DNA of 64,000 bases, taken from contig JAUCBJ010007204.1 in assembly GCA_032718475.1 (NCBI GenBank), forward strand, positions 85,154 to 149,153. Direction: 5' to 3'. Made by a program: the position numbers and the translations under genes. The DNA comes from Nemertoderma westbladi. Taxonomy: Eukaryota; Animalia; Xenacoelomorpha. Each line of letters begins with the position of its first letter. Position 1 is the stretch's first letter. Shown one piece after another: positions 23,802 through 35,800 of the stretch. The notes beneath the pieces are model-generated. The model was not told the DNA's origin. It made no database searches and saw only the letters and a program-made list of their open reading frames with translations.

Positions 23802-24375
23802 GTGTGGTGTACCGCAAGGTAGTATATTAGGTCCTCTGCTTTTTGTATGCTATGTAAATGATATGATAAGTAGTATAGATCCCGATTTTAAACTCATTTT
23901 ATATGCCGACGACAGTGCTCTTATTTTCTCTCATAAAGATCCTATCCATATTTCCCAAAAATTAAGTGCAGTTCTAGAATCCTGTAATGAGTGGTTGGTT
24001 GATAATAAGCTATCCATTCACTACGGTAAAACTGAAAGTATTTTGTTTGGTTCCAAAAGAAAGTTAAAGAAGGTAACTAAGTTTGAAGTCACTAGTAATG
24101 GACATAAGATTGAAAATAAAAAGGAAGTTAAATATTTAGGCGCCACATTGGATAACTGCTTATCAGGAGAAAGCATAGTGAAAAATATTTTCTCGAAAGT
24201 TAACAGTAGGCTTAGGTTTCTATACAGAAATAAAAATAGTTTGAACACCGACTCCCGCAAGTTACTTTGCTCTTCTTTAATACAGTGTCACATGGACTAT
24301 GCGTGCTCTTCTTGGTATGAAGGCTTAACCAAACAGCTTAAATGTAAATTACAAGTAGCTCAGAATAAAGTAGTA
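23802..24375 (+). pseudogene. 5'-truncated LINE (L2/CR1 group) RT, left part, interrupted by LTR element D
   Basis: CGVPQGSILGPLLF...ILYADD...KTESILFG...KYLG motifs. The frame breaks exactly at the TSD TAGTA. Confidence 0.9.
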
Positions 24376-25626
24376 TGTAAAAGCTTCTGTGGGATATAAC
24401 TGGCCCTTTTGCTTTGCAATCCAGTTTCCCCCCAGGCGCTGGAATACTCTAAAAAGCTCTCTAACTATATATATATCCCCCTCGCCCGCAAGGTACCGTT
24501 ATAGGTGTTTTAACGGACATAAAAGTCATTCTTCTATATACGTGCTTTGGAGGACATGGTAAGGCAAAAAACCCGCAATGCACCAAATACCCTTGCACAG
24601 CTTAGCCTTGATGATTCAGATTACGACATCTAACAGCTGGTTGCTGACATGGAAACGGCCATTGGACACATGGTTCTTTGTTTGCTTAACAGCCAATCAG
24701 AGCGATTTTTTCTGTCGATGTGGAGCTTTTGGCAGATCATGCTAGGAATGTCAGTCTTACTGTTTTTCTTGTTACTGTTGTGTTGTTTCTATCTAGGCCA
24801 GGAACACCGGCTCTAGAGTCAATTCGTTTTCATACTTTAGAAGAAACATTAGTAGGCTTAAATTATAGAGCGTATAACTGTTATCGGTGCAACTCCGTTC
24901 AGTCTTTCATTATCGGTTCAACATACATTGTTGTGCTGCTGTTTGCTGTTGTCATATTTTGTATCAGTTGGTTGAATATTATTTGGATAACATCTATAAA
25001 GAACCCAAATTTCCCAATTTTCTTGATACACTACAGTTTAGAGAGACGGGTTATATATAGCGATTGCGACTTATATTATTGTGGTTTGTAGTGAATTTAA
25101 TGCTATTTGATAAGCACTACATGAGTCCGTTGCTGTTCTCTTTATATATGATAAAATTCATTGACGGTCGGCAAATTAGTGAGCAGTATTGTGTGTTACC
25201 GGTAGTGTGCATGATTGTGGCTGATAACTAAGCATTTCCTAAAGAATGCGCCTCATACGTGAATCATAAGCCTTACCGACTTACCGTTGTGATTAGTATA
25301 AGTCATATCTCTGTTTACCTAGATAGAGCGCCACGTCCTAAAGGAACTGTTAATATTTCCCGAAAGTGAATAATATTAGTCAGAAATTATTTATTAACGA
25401 TCAATCGAATAATACAGTAAGCTTACACTGCAATAATAATCTAAGCCCTCAGAATCCAGTCTCCCGGGTATATCCAGCGGGTGAATGGACGCGCACTAGG
25501 CTGGCTTCTGCTAATGTTGTGTTTATTGGTATTAAATATTTGTCAACTTCTAAAGTCTATTTGTAAACCAAAAGACATATAAATTTTGGCAGGTTAAACT
25601 GCTAAAGGTCTTCAAAAGCGCGTACA
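24376..25626 (+). repeat. 5' LTR of copy D
   Basis: TGTAAAAGC...GCGCGTACA; direct repeat of 50969-52219. Confidence 0.95.
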
Positions 25627-25637
25627 ATAACAGTTAT
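25627..25637 (+). promoter_or_regulatory. Non-tRNA primer-binding site candidate of copy D (ATAACAGTTAT)
   Basis: Directly follows the 5' LTR, has no TGG, and is the exact reverse complement of ATAACTGTTAT at 24874-24884 in the LTR. Confidence 0.7.
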
Positions 25638-26029
25638 TGTCTTTATTGCAGTAAGCAATAAAGTTGAAAGTACCGGTAAACCTGAACCGGTACTTCTGTA
25701 GGTCAGTAGGCCCAACTGCCAGAACCGGTACCGCTGTAGGTCCGTAGGTCCAACTGCCAGAACCGGTACTTCTGTAGGTCCGTAGGCCCAACTGTCCTAA
25801 CCGGTACTTCCAGTATAAGTACATTAGTATTATTCGATTTTGATTATTGTATACTGGTAGGTCTTAGTATTTAATCAGGGACGGCCGCCCTGGTTTTTTA
25901 TTGAGATTTTACTTATTTCTGTCGGTTTTATTTACATGTAAGTTAATATTGAGCTGAAGACGTGTAAGTCTGCTCAGATTGTTCAGATAATTGTAGGCCG
26001 GACTGTTGTCGGATTGTTGTTGGGTTTGG

Positions 26030-26500
26030 AGAGATTACTGCGTGTGTAGAGTTTGTCCGATAGAGTGCCAGTTAGTAAGTTGGGGCAGCCATAGCTGTAA
26101 GGTCAATCCCCTCTTAAAGAATAAGTCGTACTACCGTGTTAGAACGCATACTAACTAACCATTTTGGAATCTGCACATACTGTAGTTTATTTAGGCTTGA
26201 CAGTATTCTGCCAGCGTTTTGGCCTGTGTTTGTTTGTGTAGTCTGTTCAGGTACCGTAATAGTTATTACTCAGATATTTTGTAGGCTGGATTGTTGTCTA
26301 GCTATTATTAGGTCTGAAGAGATTGCTGCGTGTGTAGAGTTTGTCTGATAAAGTGCCAGTTAGTAAGTTGGGGCAGCCATAGCTGTAAGGTCAATCCCCT
26401 CTTAAAGAATAAGTCGTACTACCGTGTTAGAACGCATACTAACTAACCGTTTCGGAATCTGCACATACTGTAGTTTATTTAGGCTTGGTGGTAGTCTGCC
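26030..26500 (+). repeat. ~288-bp-period direct repeat in the 5' leader of family 1
   Basis: GTTAGTAAGTTGGGGCAGCCATAGCTGTAAGG... at ~26071 and ~26359. The homologous pair in copy C is at ~40390-40500 and ~40680-40790. Confidence 0.85.
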
Positions 26501-26504
26501 AGCG

Positions 26505-27673
26505 TGTTTGCGCTTTTAAGACCTTTGACAGTTTAACCTGCCAAATTAGGATGTCTTTTAGATGATATATAGTCTTTAGCCTATGACGAGTATTTGATAC
26601 ATTACATTAGCCGAAGCCAGTCTATGCGCAATCATTCACCCGTTGGATATACCCGGGAGACTGAGTTCGGAGCTTAATGATTGATGGTGTAAGCCTACTG
26701 TATTATTCGACTGATCGTAATATATAATCTCTGACTAATATTATTCACTTTCGGGAAATATTAACAGTTCCTTTAGGACGTGGCGCTCTAAATATATAAA
26801 CAGAGTTATGGTTTAAACTAGACACAACGAAAAGGCTATAGATTTACGTATATGGCGCATTCTTTAGGAGATGCTTTGTTATCAGTTACGATCATACACA
26901 ATGCTGCACAATACTGCACACTAATCTGCCGACCTTCACTAAATTTGGTCACGTATAAAGAGAGCAACATACAATTTATGTTGGGCATATGAAATAGCAT
27001 TAGATTCACTTCAAACCACTTAACATAGGTCGCAATCGTTTATCTGTAACCGGTCTCTCTAACCTTTAGTATATCAAGAAGGTGGGGTGTCTGACTATTG
27101 ATCAGTATTCCGATATAATATTTCATCAACCAATATAATGAATAACCGACAGTAAAAGCAGTAATATCAAGGTATAAATGATTATTAAGTGAATGAGTTA
27201 ACTCGGTAACTCGCTTGTGCAAATCGTTTGATAACAGATATACGTTCTATAATTAAGCCTACTAATGTAAGACTAAAGACTGAAAACACGGAGGTGCCAA
27301 AAGCCGGTGTTCTTAGGCTCTGGGCAAAAACATAACACTGAACTACTGAGTTCTGTATCCACCTCCAACACAGAGTCAAAAAACGCTCTGATTGGTCAAC
27401 CGAACAACGAGAGAACAAAGAAACAAAGAAATGTCGACGTGGCAATATCAGCTGTTAGCCGTCGTCATGGTAGCGACACTGTTTTCAAGAGTATCTAGCT
27501 TATCGCGTCACGAGATTGCGGATTATGTCCTCTAAAGTACAAATACAGAAGAAATGACTTTTATGTCCTCTAAAACACCAGTACAGCAAGGACACGGCCT
27601 TTTTATGCCTGGTAAACCAACTACAGAGTACTTTAAGGGAAAATAACCGGTTAATGACGCAAAAGCTTTTACA
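26505..27673 (-). repeat. 3' LTR of copy C (1169 bp)
   Basis: Direct repeat of 41182-42357, which carries an extra 7-bp duplication. Confidence 0.95.
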
Positions 27674-27751
27674 CCGCTCCCAGAAAATGGGATTTAAGTC
27701 TATAAAATATAACAAATCACAGTTTCTAAAATATAAAAATACTCTAAACAG

Positions 27752-30700
27752 TTAGTCTTTCTTACGCGGACGGCGTTTACGCAGTTTTTTGAGGCTAGCA
27801 AGAGTCCTTTTCTCTTTGGGGCGAGCCACTTTACTAGGAGGGCTGTAACTCCTGGGTGAAGGGTGCAATACAATTGCATCAGAAGGTTTCGGATTGCGAT
27901 CGGTGTATCCGCCGGTCGAGGTACCTGGTTGATCGATATCAACTTCCGTGGAGCGAGGTCTAACAGCCTTTAGGGCGCGCCTCAGGACAGCAGCTCCTAC
28001 GGGTCCTTGACGGGTTGTCTGGGCAATGGCGGTAGGCGGACCGTGGGTGGTAAGAAACTTCCTTGGTTTAATAGTTCTTTCCAGCTCGCGTTCTCGGGCT
28101 CGATATTCGTAGGGCCGTCGAGATACTTCCTGCAACTCAGGGTGCGAGTTGATAAATAAGTCGCCATACTCAGGGTCTTGACGGATATAATTGATCAAAT
28201 GGTATGAAGTAATATCGTTAGGATTGACGTTCCTAAGGTATCTTCTAACAAATTTAGTGGAAATACACTCACCAACACGCTTCATTAGCTCGTAACTCGG
28301 TACGCGTGTTTTTTGTTCCACAGACGCTAATAAATAAGGATGGAACGCGTAAACTCCCTCGTAAGAGCGTCCAGGGTAGTATCGATGACGGGACTCACAA
28401 TGTAAATCCGCGTTCGCTTCCCAAGCTCGAATGTAGCGCAGGGTAATCATTTCATCTACGCTCTCTAAATCGTGATTAAAGGGGCAATTATAACTGGCAT
28501 GTCCTTTAAGTTGACAGTGGTGGCATTGAGTCATAAATTGGGGGCAGACTGCAAAAATATGAGAGTTATTAAGTCTGCAATACGCACAATATATCTCCAT
28601 CATTGGTTGTTCGTGGAAATAGGAACAGGGTACGTCTGAGTCCATAGGAGTGAAATGGTCTCTCGATGCGCATAATCGACAACGTTTTCGAGAAACATAG
28701 TTAGCGTGTCGATAATCGTATGCGGTGAGACATTGTGGACCTTGATACCACTCTAAGACGTAGTCGTTATCGCTGCTCCGGGGCGCTGTAGGCTGAATCG
28801 CTTCAGCTTCTAAGCATATTGGTTCGTCTTCCAATTGCATAGCTGAGGTAGGTGCGGCTGTCTCCGCAAGCGGACCCACTGTCTGAACTTCGACGACAGA
28901 ATAACCCGTGGGTATTCGGGGTCTTTGTATAACAGATGAGTGCAAGTTCTGTATACAAACGTCCTGAAAAAGGGCAAATCCCGCGCTGTTTAGCTTCTCC
29001 GCCGCTGAGTCTCTCAGGCTGAGTTTGGTCAGAGCGCGGTCCTTGAACTGACTATCAACGTTACGGAACGGAGTCAGAAAGCGCCTGAAACATTCAAAGC
29101 GGATGAATTTATTGTGTTCATCTAACTTGGCGAGTTTGGTTCCAAGTATTAAGGGATGGGCGCGTATGGTACGACTGCACACATCGGCTAGCCAACCGGC
29201 AAGTGCTGCGTTTTCAAAGATCGTGTATATAGCTAAGGAGGGACGAAGTGGAACACTCATAAAGCTATACACGGCGCCAGGTGCGGTCAATGGTCCATCA
29301 AAGTATAAACGAGAATAATGATCTCCGTATACTTGTTGGTAATTTATAGGATTTCCAACCTTGAAATTCCATCCGTATTCTTGAAAGGCAAGATGTCCGA
29401 TGGAGGTTCGTTGTACTTTAGTAATTCCGCTGGGTGTATTGGCATACGTAGTGCGGAAGAAACCTCGGCCTTCTGCCCAAGGAGCAATCAGCTGAGTATC
29501 AACGAAGGGGTATGGAATGTTCTCCATATTCCGAAAGTCGTTCTGTAGGTCTCCATAAACAGCTGAGCCGATTTTAAGGATTCCTTCGTTAAACAGCATC
29601 TCGAGCACGGGTTGGGGTAACATCGATCCATCGATACCCATGGCCGGCTTGCGCTCGGTGTCGGTGACGTAACGCTGCGCGAGTTCAAATTGTCCATGTC
29701 GGAGTTTCTTTTGTGTCTCAGTAAGAGTTTCAAAAGAATAATCAATAACGTCGGAACACGCTCGAGTAAATACGTGGGTAGAACCAGCGAGTCCTCGTAT
29801 GTGTATCATCCGCGTAGTTCCAAGTTCTCCAACCGGAACGCTACCTTCGTTATCGTAAGTGACAACTCCATACATCTCGATAACGTTAAGAGTTTCGTTC
29901 CACTCTTTAGTGGCGTTTTCGAGTGTCATTCCCACAGGATGCCACAAGGTAGCACATTCGCTAGCATTAGGCAGGTCTTTATACTTTAAATATTGTGTGG
30001 TATATGTTTCCACATCTCCATATCGTTGTATTCTTTCCTCCTCGAATAACACATCAAGATTCCAGTGCACTAAACGAGTTTTGATGAATCCATCAAGATT
30101 ATACGGAGGTATTGTTTCTTTCTCTATTCTGGAAACATTATATGGTTTTCGAAACGAGTTTACTTTAACTAACTGATCCAGATGTTTCTGCAGTTGTTCG
30201 AGTTCGACAAGATCGAGAGGATTTATTAACGGTAGAAACTTCAGACTATGTGTAGGATCTTCCGGTTTTACCATGTAATATTGTTTTAGATTGACGTAAT
30301 AAGGGTGATCTTTGATCCCATAAAACGAGTCCGGTAAAGGTCTAGCGCGTATGTTTACATCGTGTACCATGCGACGGACAAGATCTGCTCTATTGTCCGG
30401 AGGTTCAACGAGTATACCATCGACACGAGCGGGTTCGATGGGCGGACGCTGCAACAGAGGAGCGTCGGCGATAAGATCGCGAGATCTTAGGTTGATATCA
30501 ACCGGTTGGGGTTGTGCCGTCGCAAAAAGTTTGTCTCCGAAATGGGGAACCATCGAGGGATGAAGAATGGTTTTAGAGTAGAGATCCGTCATAAGGATTT
30601 GCGCTTCGGGTTGAGCTAAAGCCGCTTCTTCTCTCTCATCCAGTTCTATATGTCTCTCCTCGAGCTGATTCTCCTCCGCTTGTTGTTGTAGACGCTCATC

Positions 30701-31166
30701 TAGAAACTCTTGTAAAGAGTAGGTTCGTCCACGTTCGATGTCCTCCTCGAGATTTTGTATTTCTCTATCGAACTGGGGTAAAGCTAATTCCTTCACCGCT
30801 TGGACTTGTTGCTGCAATTTACGCTTCTCCAAACAATCGTACGTTCCCTTTCCGTTGGGTATGATATTTAAATAAAACCATTTCCCTTTCAGTATCCACA
30901 TCGTCCGTGTCGTGTAAATCGATAGGATGGCTGGTAGTTAAGAAGTCCATATACGTACCATTACGATGCGTATAGCGAGCGGTGAACTTTCTATAGTCCA
31001 ATTCACGCGTAAGTTGCTCCGGGGACATCGGCGGTTCGATATAACGACCATCATCCTCCGTAGTAGTTGGACCAGCGTCGCCGCGTATCAAGCTATCGAC
31101 AAACGCTTGTAAAGGTAGAGTATATCGCTCCCTGATGCCAAGATCATCTTCTATCAACTCAGTCAT
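27752..31166 (-). pseudogene. Extra ORF2 of copy C: DEDDy-like exonuclease plus CCHC fingers; C-terminal ~1030 aa uninterrupted, N-terminal deletion/frameshift
   Basis: ATG at 31166 (MTELIEDD). An ~845-bp deletion relative to copy A at ~30853 has CGGAA microhomology. Then an open frame with VVTYDNEG, LKIGSAVYGD, FVDTQ, PLRPSLAIYTIFE, CRLC/CAYC/CHHC fingers and a KKLRKRRPRKKD tail. Confidence 0.88.
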
Positions 31167-32809
31167 ATCTGCTATGAGTTTATCAATATTATAATGAGTC
31201 TATATATATTAGGCTAGCGGGCGTCGCTGCCTACCCCTCTTTTGCCCCCGGACAGTGTAAGATCCTCAGCGCCGATGTACCGTCGTCGCTGTGCTTTCGC
31301 CAACGATGTAGCTACACAACGACAACGATAACCGGCACAAGTCACTTAACTGTCCGTCCCAAAGGCTTAGATGTACTGCAGGTTCTTCTTGGAGAGTTAG
31401 GGTTACTTTCACAATTGCGACTCGCTACTGTAAACACACCTTAGTAGTAACATTCACCTACAAACGCACAAATTCAACACAACTGCAACAAACTGCACAC
31501 ATTCGGGCCATTTGTCCGTTAGTCAGTACCTTCCAGAATGTCACTGTATTTATTATGTATCCTTGGATACTAGCAGTGCGCTATTTATTCCCTATGCTAT
31601 TCAATGGGGCATGCTTTCTATTGTTCTTTTAACTCACTTCTAATTCTAGCGTGGTTGTTGCCATGGTGACATTATGGAAAGCTAGCGGTAGAATTAGGGT
31701 AATTCTCATGCATACAGATCTGGGATGCTATTTAATAGTAATTCTTTAATGGTCAATATCCCCTTTATACATGATTCTATGAATTTTATCGGCTATTGAC
31801 TATACATTGGAGATTCTCGCACACAAATACACTTAATAGAGTGAATCTCCGCTCCCATGATCTATTAATTAATGGAATTTTGGGAATGTTATAAATTGTA
31901 CAAAATGACAATTTATTAAATTCATTGAAATATCTGAATTTAAATTTATTCCCGTAAATTTTATTATTTAATGTTAAATAGACACAATTTTATTCCAGAA
32001 CGTGTCTGGGGACTGGGATCCTTGATTCTAGGAATTTTGTCCTTTTAAGAGTATCGGTAAGTGCTACGATATCTTAATCGACTAGAATTTTAAAGGATCT
32101 GATATTTGACAGATTTTGTAAATATTAATAATTAATATTTAGGATGGGCACCAGTTTATTCCAGAACTTGTCTGGGGACGTTAACCATTGATTCTAGAAA
32201 TTTGTCTTTCAAGTATATCGGTGGGTGCCGCGATATCTTAATCGACTAGAATTACAGATGGTCAAAGGGTTTAACAGATTTATTTTGCGTTATACGCTAC
32301 TGTTAAAGGGACATCACGCTACTATATGTATTATTTAATATACGGTATGAGAGCAATATCGCACGAAGCAATGTCAGTGTGAAGAGGCAAGTCGTTTCCA
32401 AGGTCTACCCAGAGCTTGGTTTAGCCGAGACACGAGGATCTGAACTTTGCATTCCTAATACTCTGCCTACCAATAATACTTAAATATAGTAGTGGCTTTA
32501 TTGTACTTTAATAAGTACGGATATTTCATCTTACTGTAGTCACGTATTTATAATATGATACGGACAGTAAGGAAAGAGAAAAATAATTATTTCTCGCCGT
32601 CGCACTAAATATATATTATAAGTAATTACGTACGTAATAAACACTAATATATTGCACTAATCTACTAAATGATCACTAAAATAACATGTTACTAAATAAA
32701 ATTAAATAAAACGATTAAAATAAAATTACATAATAATACATACATAAATATAAAAATAAAACAAATACAAATATAAAATAATATGGTCACACACCCACTC
32801 CAGCCGTTG

Positions 32810-35800
32810 TTAAGTTGGGGAGTCCCTAGATGTTTGTTGGATTAGGGAGGTGGTCGTGGGAAGAGTATCTTGTCTCCCATAGTTTCCGGAGAGTTCTCTG
32901 TCTCTTTCCAGTAAACATAAACGACCCACTGGGCGATTGAGCTGCTGCGTCTCGAAGACAATTCCCGGTTTCTTGAAGTTACGTCGCATGACGACGAGTT
33001 CTACCGATCGCACCAAACCGTCATCCGAGATGTGTGTCTCGATTATACGACCTGTCTGCCACCTCTTACGTGGAAGATCTACATCCACAATAAGAACCAT
33101 GTCTCCAGCGCTAACGTTTTCTTGCTGCGCAAACCACTTAGTTCGAAGTTGTAGCGTGGGCAGATAATGTTTTTCGAAATGGTCAGCGAAACGACGGGAT
33201 AACAACTGCATGAGTTGCCAAGTTTGTCGGCAGTATTCGTCTCCGTCTGTGATTTCCGATTGTGGGAGCATGGCTACAGGTTTCTTCAGTAGGAAGTGCG
33301 CGGGTGTTAGCGCCTCCAGGGAATCGGGACTCGATGAGACTGGCATAAGCGGTCTCTCGTTGAGATAGGCGGCGATTTCTTCCATTAACGTCCGCAAAAG
33401 TTCGTCGGTGAGATAAGCGCGGCAAGGCACTATAAAATGAAATGCCGTCTTCACACTTCTTATTAATCTCTCCCAACTTCCTCCCCACCAAGGGGCGTCG
33501 GCGGCGTTGAAGGTCCAACTAGACGCTGTTACTCGTAGTTGGTCGTCCACCTGTCTTTGGTTCCAATCTTTGACGTAAGCTTTGATTTCATTGTTGGCAC
33601 CAATGAAGTTTGTTCCCTTATCAGATCTCATCGTGTTACTAGTGCCAAAGCGAGCGATCTGTCGTCGTAAGCTTAATAGAAAGCTGTTGGTAGATAAATC
33701 GTTCACCATATCGAGATGGATGGCTCTACAAGTCATACAAACAAAGATTACACACCATCTCTTGACTATAGTCCTAGCACGATATACTTCAATAGGGCCA
33801 AATAAATCCACACCGGTATTAGTAAAGGGTGGTTCATAAAAGCTTACTCGTTCCCTAGGTAATTCTGCCTCTCTCTGTGTTAAAGGCCTACTGAATGCTT
33901 TCCTACAGGGTATACAGTTCCTAAGAACTTGGTTCAGAGCTCTACGGGCTTTATAAAAATAATAGCGAGTTCGAATTTCGCTAAGAACTCGTTCTCTACC
34001 AGCATGATAAAGTTTGCTGTGAACATCTACAATCATCTTGACTTGTATTTCAAGATTTCTAATGAGTATGGGGAACTTAGTATCAAAGGATAATGGGGCA
34101 TTCGTTAACCTTCCTCCAACACGTATCAACCCATCTATCATTGTGCTAGAGAAACGATCCCTTAAGCGCATCTGTGGATTTCTCAACAACAGGAAATACT
34201 TATCGGAATCTTCATAGCATTGTAAGAGTCTCAGCATCTGTTTGTTGGTTTCTTCATGCTCCTGATAACTGATCTTCTCCTTCAGAAACTTGTCGGGTAC
34301 CTTATATTTGGGAATGTCTTTAATAACATGGACCTGCACTGATGTGATTGGAGCGGTATCACCCTTTGTTTTCATCCCAGAGTAGTGATGGTGAAAACAT
34401 CTCTTTAAATATGTAACGGCCTTACAGAGTCGATTCCAGGAACTGTAGTGATGTATCGCTCTCTGCAGAAGTGGTGAGAGTCCTTGCGAGACGTCTGGTA
34501 TGCCAGATTTCCAATCTTTATCACGGATTTCCACAATGGGTTTATTTGTGGCTGTGGGTTTCTGATCCAAAGCGTCGTCTCCGGAAGTATGTAGTACAGA
34601 CAGATCTACTGTGGGTTTGAATAACTTCGATTTACTCGCCTGAGTTTTAGGTTTGACTTTCTCCGCTCCCTTGGCCTGTCTAATTTCTGCTGTAGTAAGA
34701 TGAGGAGGCCATTCTTCTTCTTCTTTGTAGAGGAAGTCGGGTCCACCTAACCAGTCTGGAGTATCTACCAGTTCTTGTGGAGTTGCTCCCCTGGAAGCGA
34801 TGTCCGCTGGATTAATCGTTCCGGGGCAATGTCTCCATTGATCCATCGTCGTGCGACTGAGTATAATAGCTACTCTGTTGGTAACGAAGACGCTGAACTG
34901 ACAGACTTCATTGGTTATATACTCCAACACGAGTAAAGCGTCGGTCCAATAGACAGTTTTCTCCAGGGGATAGTCGATCTGTTCTGTTACATTCCGGCCG
35001 ATGGCTGTAGCGTATAGAGCCGCTTTTAACTCCGCTTGAGGAACTTTCAACTTGTTGTTTATCAATGCCTTAGAGGTAACCAAGGCAACTTTGATTCTGT
35101 CCGGAGTTTCCACCCTTAGGTAGGCTACTATACCTATTCCCATATCGCTGGCGTCTCCAAACACATGGAGTTGATATGAATACGTAGGGAGAACATGACC
35201 AAAATATGAACGGGAAATTATGAAGTTTTCGATGGCTGGTAGAGAATCTTCCCATTTCATCCACTTCTTTAATAATTCTCCCTTAAGTGGATCGTCCCAT
35301 GAGTGGCTTTCAAGCCACATTTGTTGTACTAAACTCCGAGCAATCAATATAACTGGGCTAATAAATCCCAATGGATCGAAATAAGTGCTCAGGATACTTA
35401 AACAAATCCGTTTAGTCCGAACTGGATTATCTCGCTGTTTTAGTTGGAAAAACAGGATATCTCTTTCTGTGTCCCATTTCAAACCAAGGGTCTTAGTTTC
35501 TGGGAGATCATCCTTTATTAGATCTAGGTCTTTTGTTCCTCGATCTTCTACCGGGATCGACTCCAGAAACTCACGGGAGTTGCTGGTGAATTTAGTTAAT
35601 CGAAATCCACCTTTCTTTAAGCATTCTACCGTTCCTTTAGCGACCTCAATGGCTTCTTCTACTGATGGAAGGGACTTCAGATTATCGTCCATGTAGATGT
35701 CTCGTTTGATATTGTCGATCACTTCTTTAGAGAAGGCGTCTCGGTTGTCATCCGCAGTGGTGCGCACCACGGAACAGGCGTTTGAAGGGCTCGAGATTAT

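Noticed and set aside
24720-25566. Short ORFs (123 aa, 66 aa) repeated at 51313 and 51959
   Set aside because: They repeat only because they lie in LTRs, and the frames are not preserved in the A or C LTRs.
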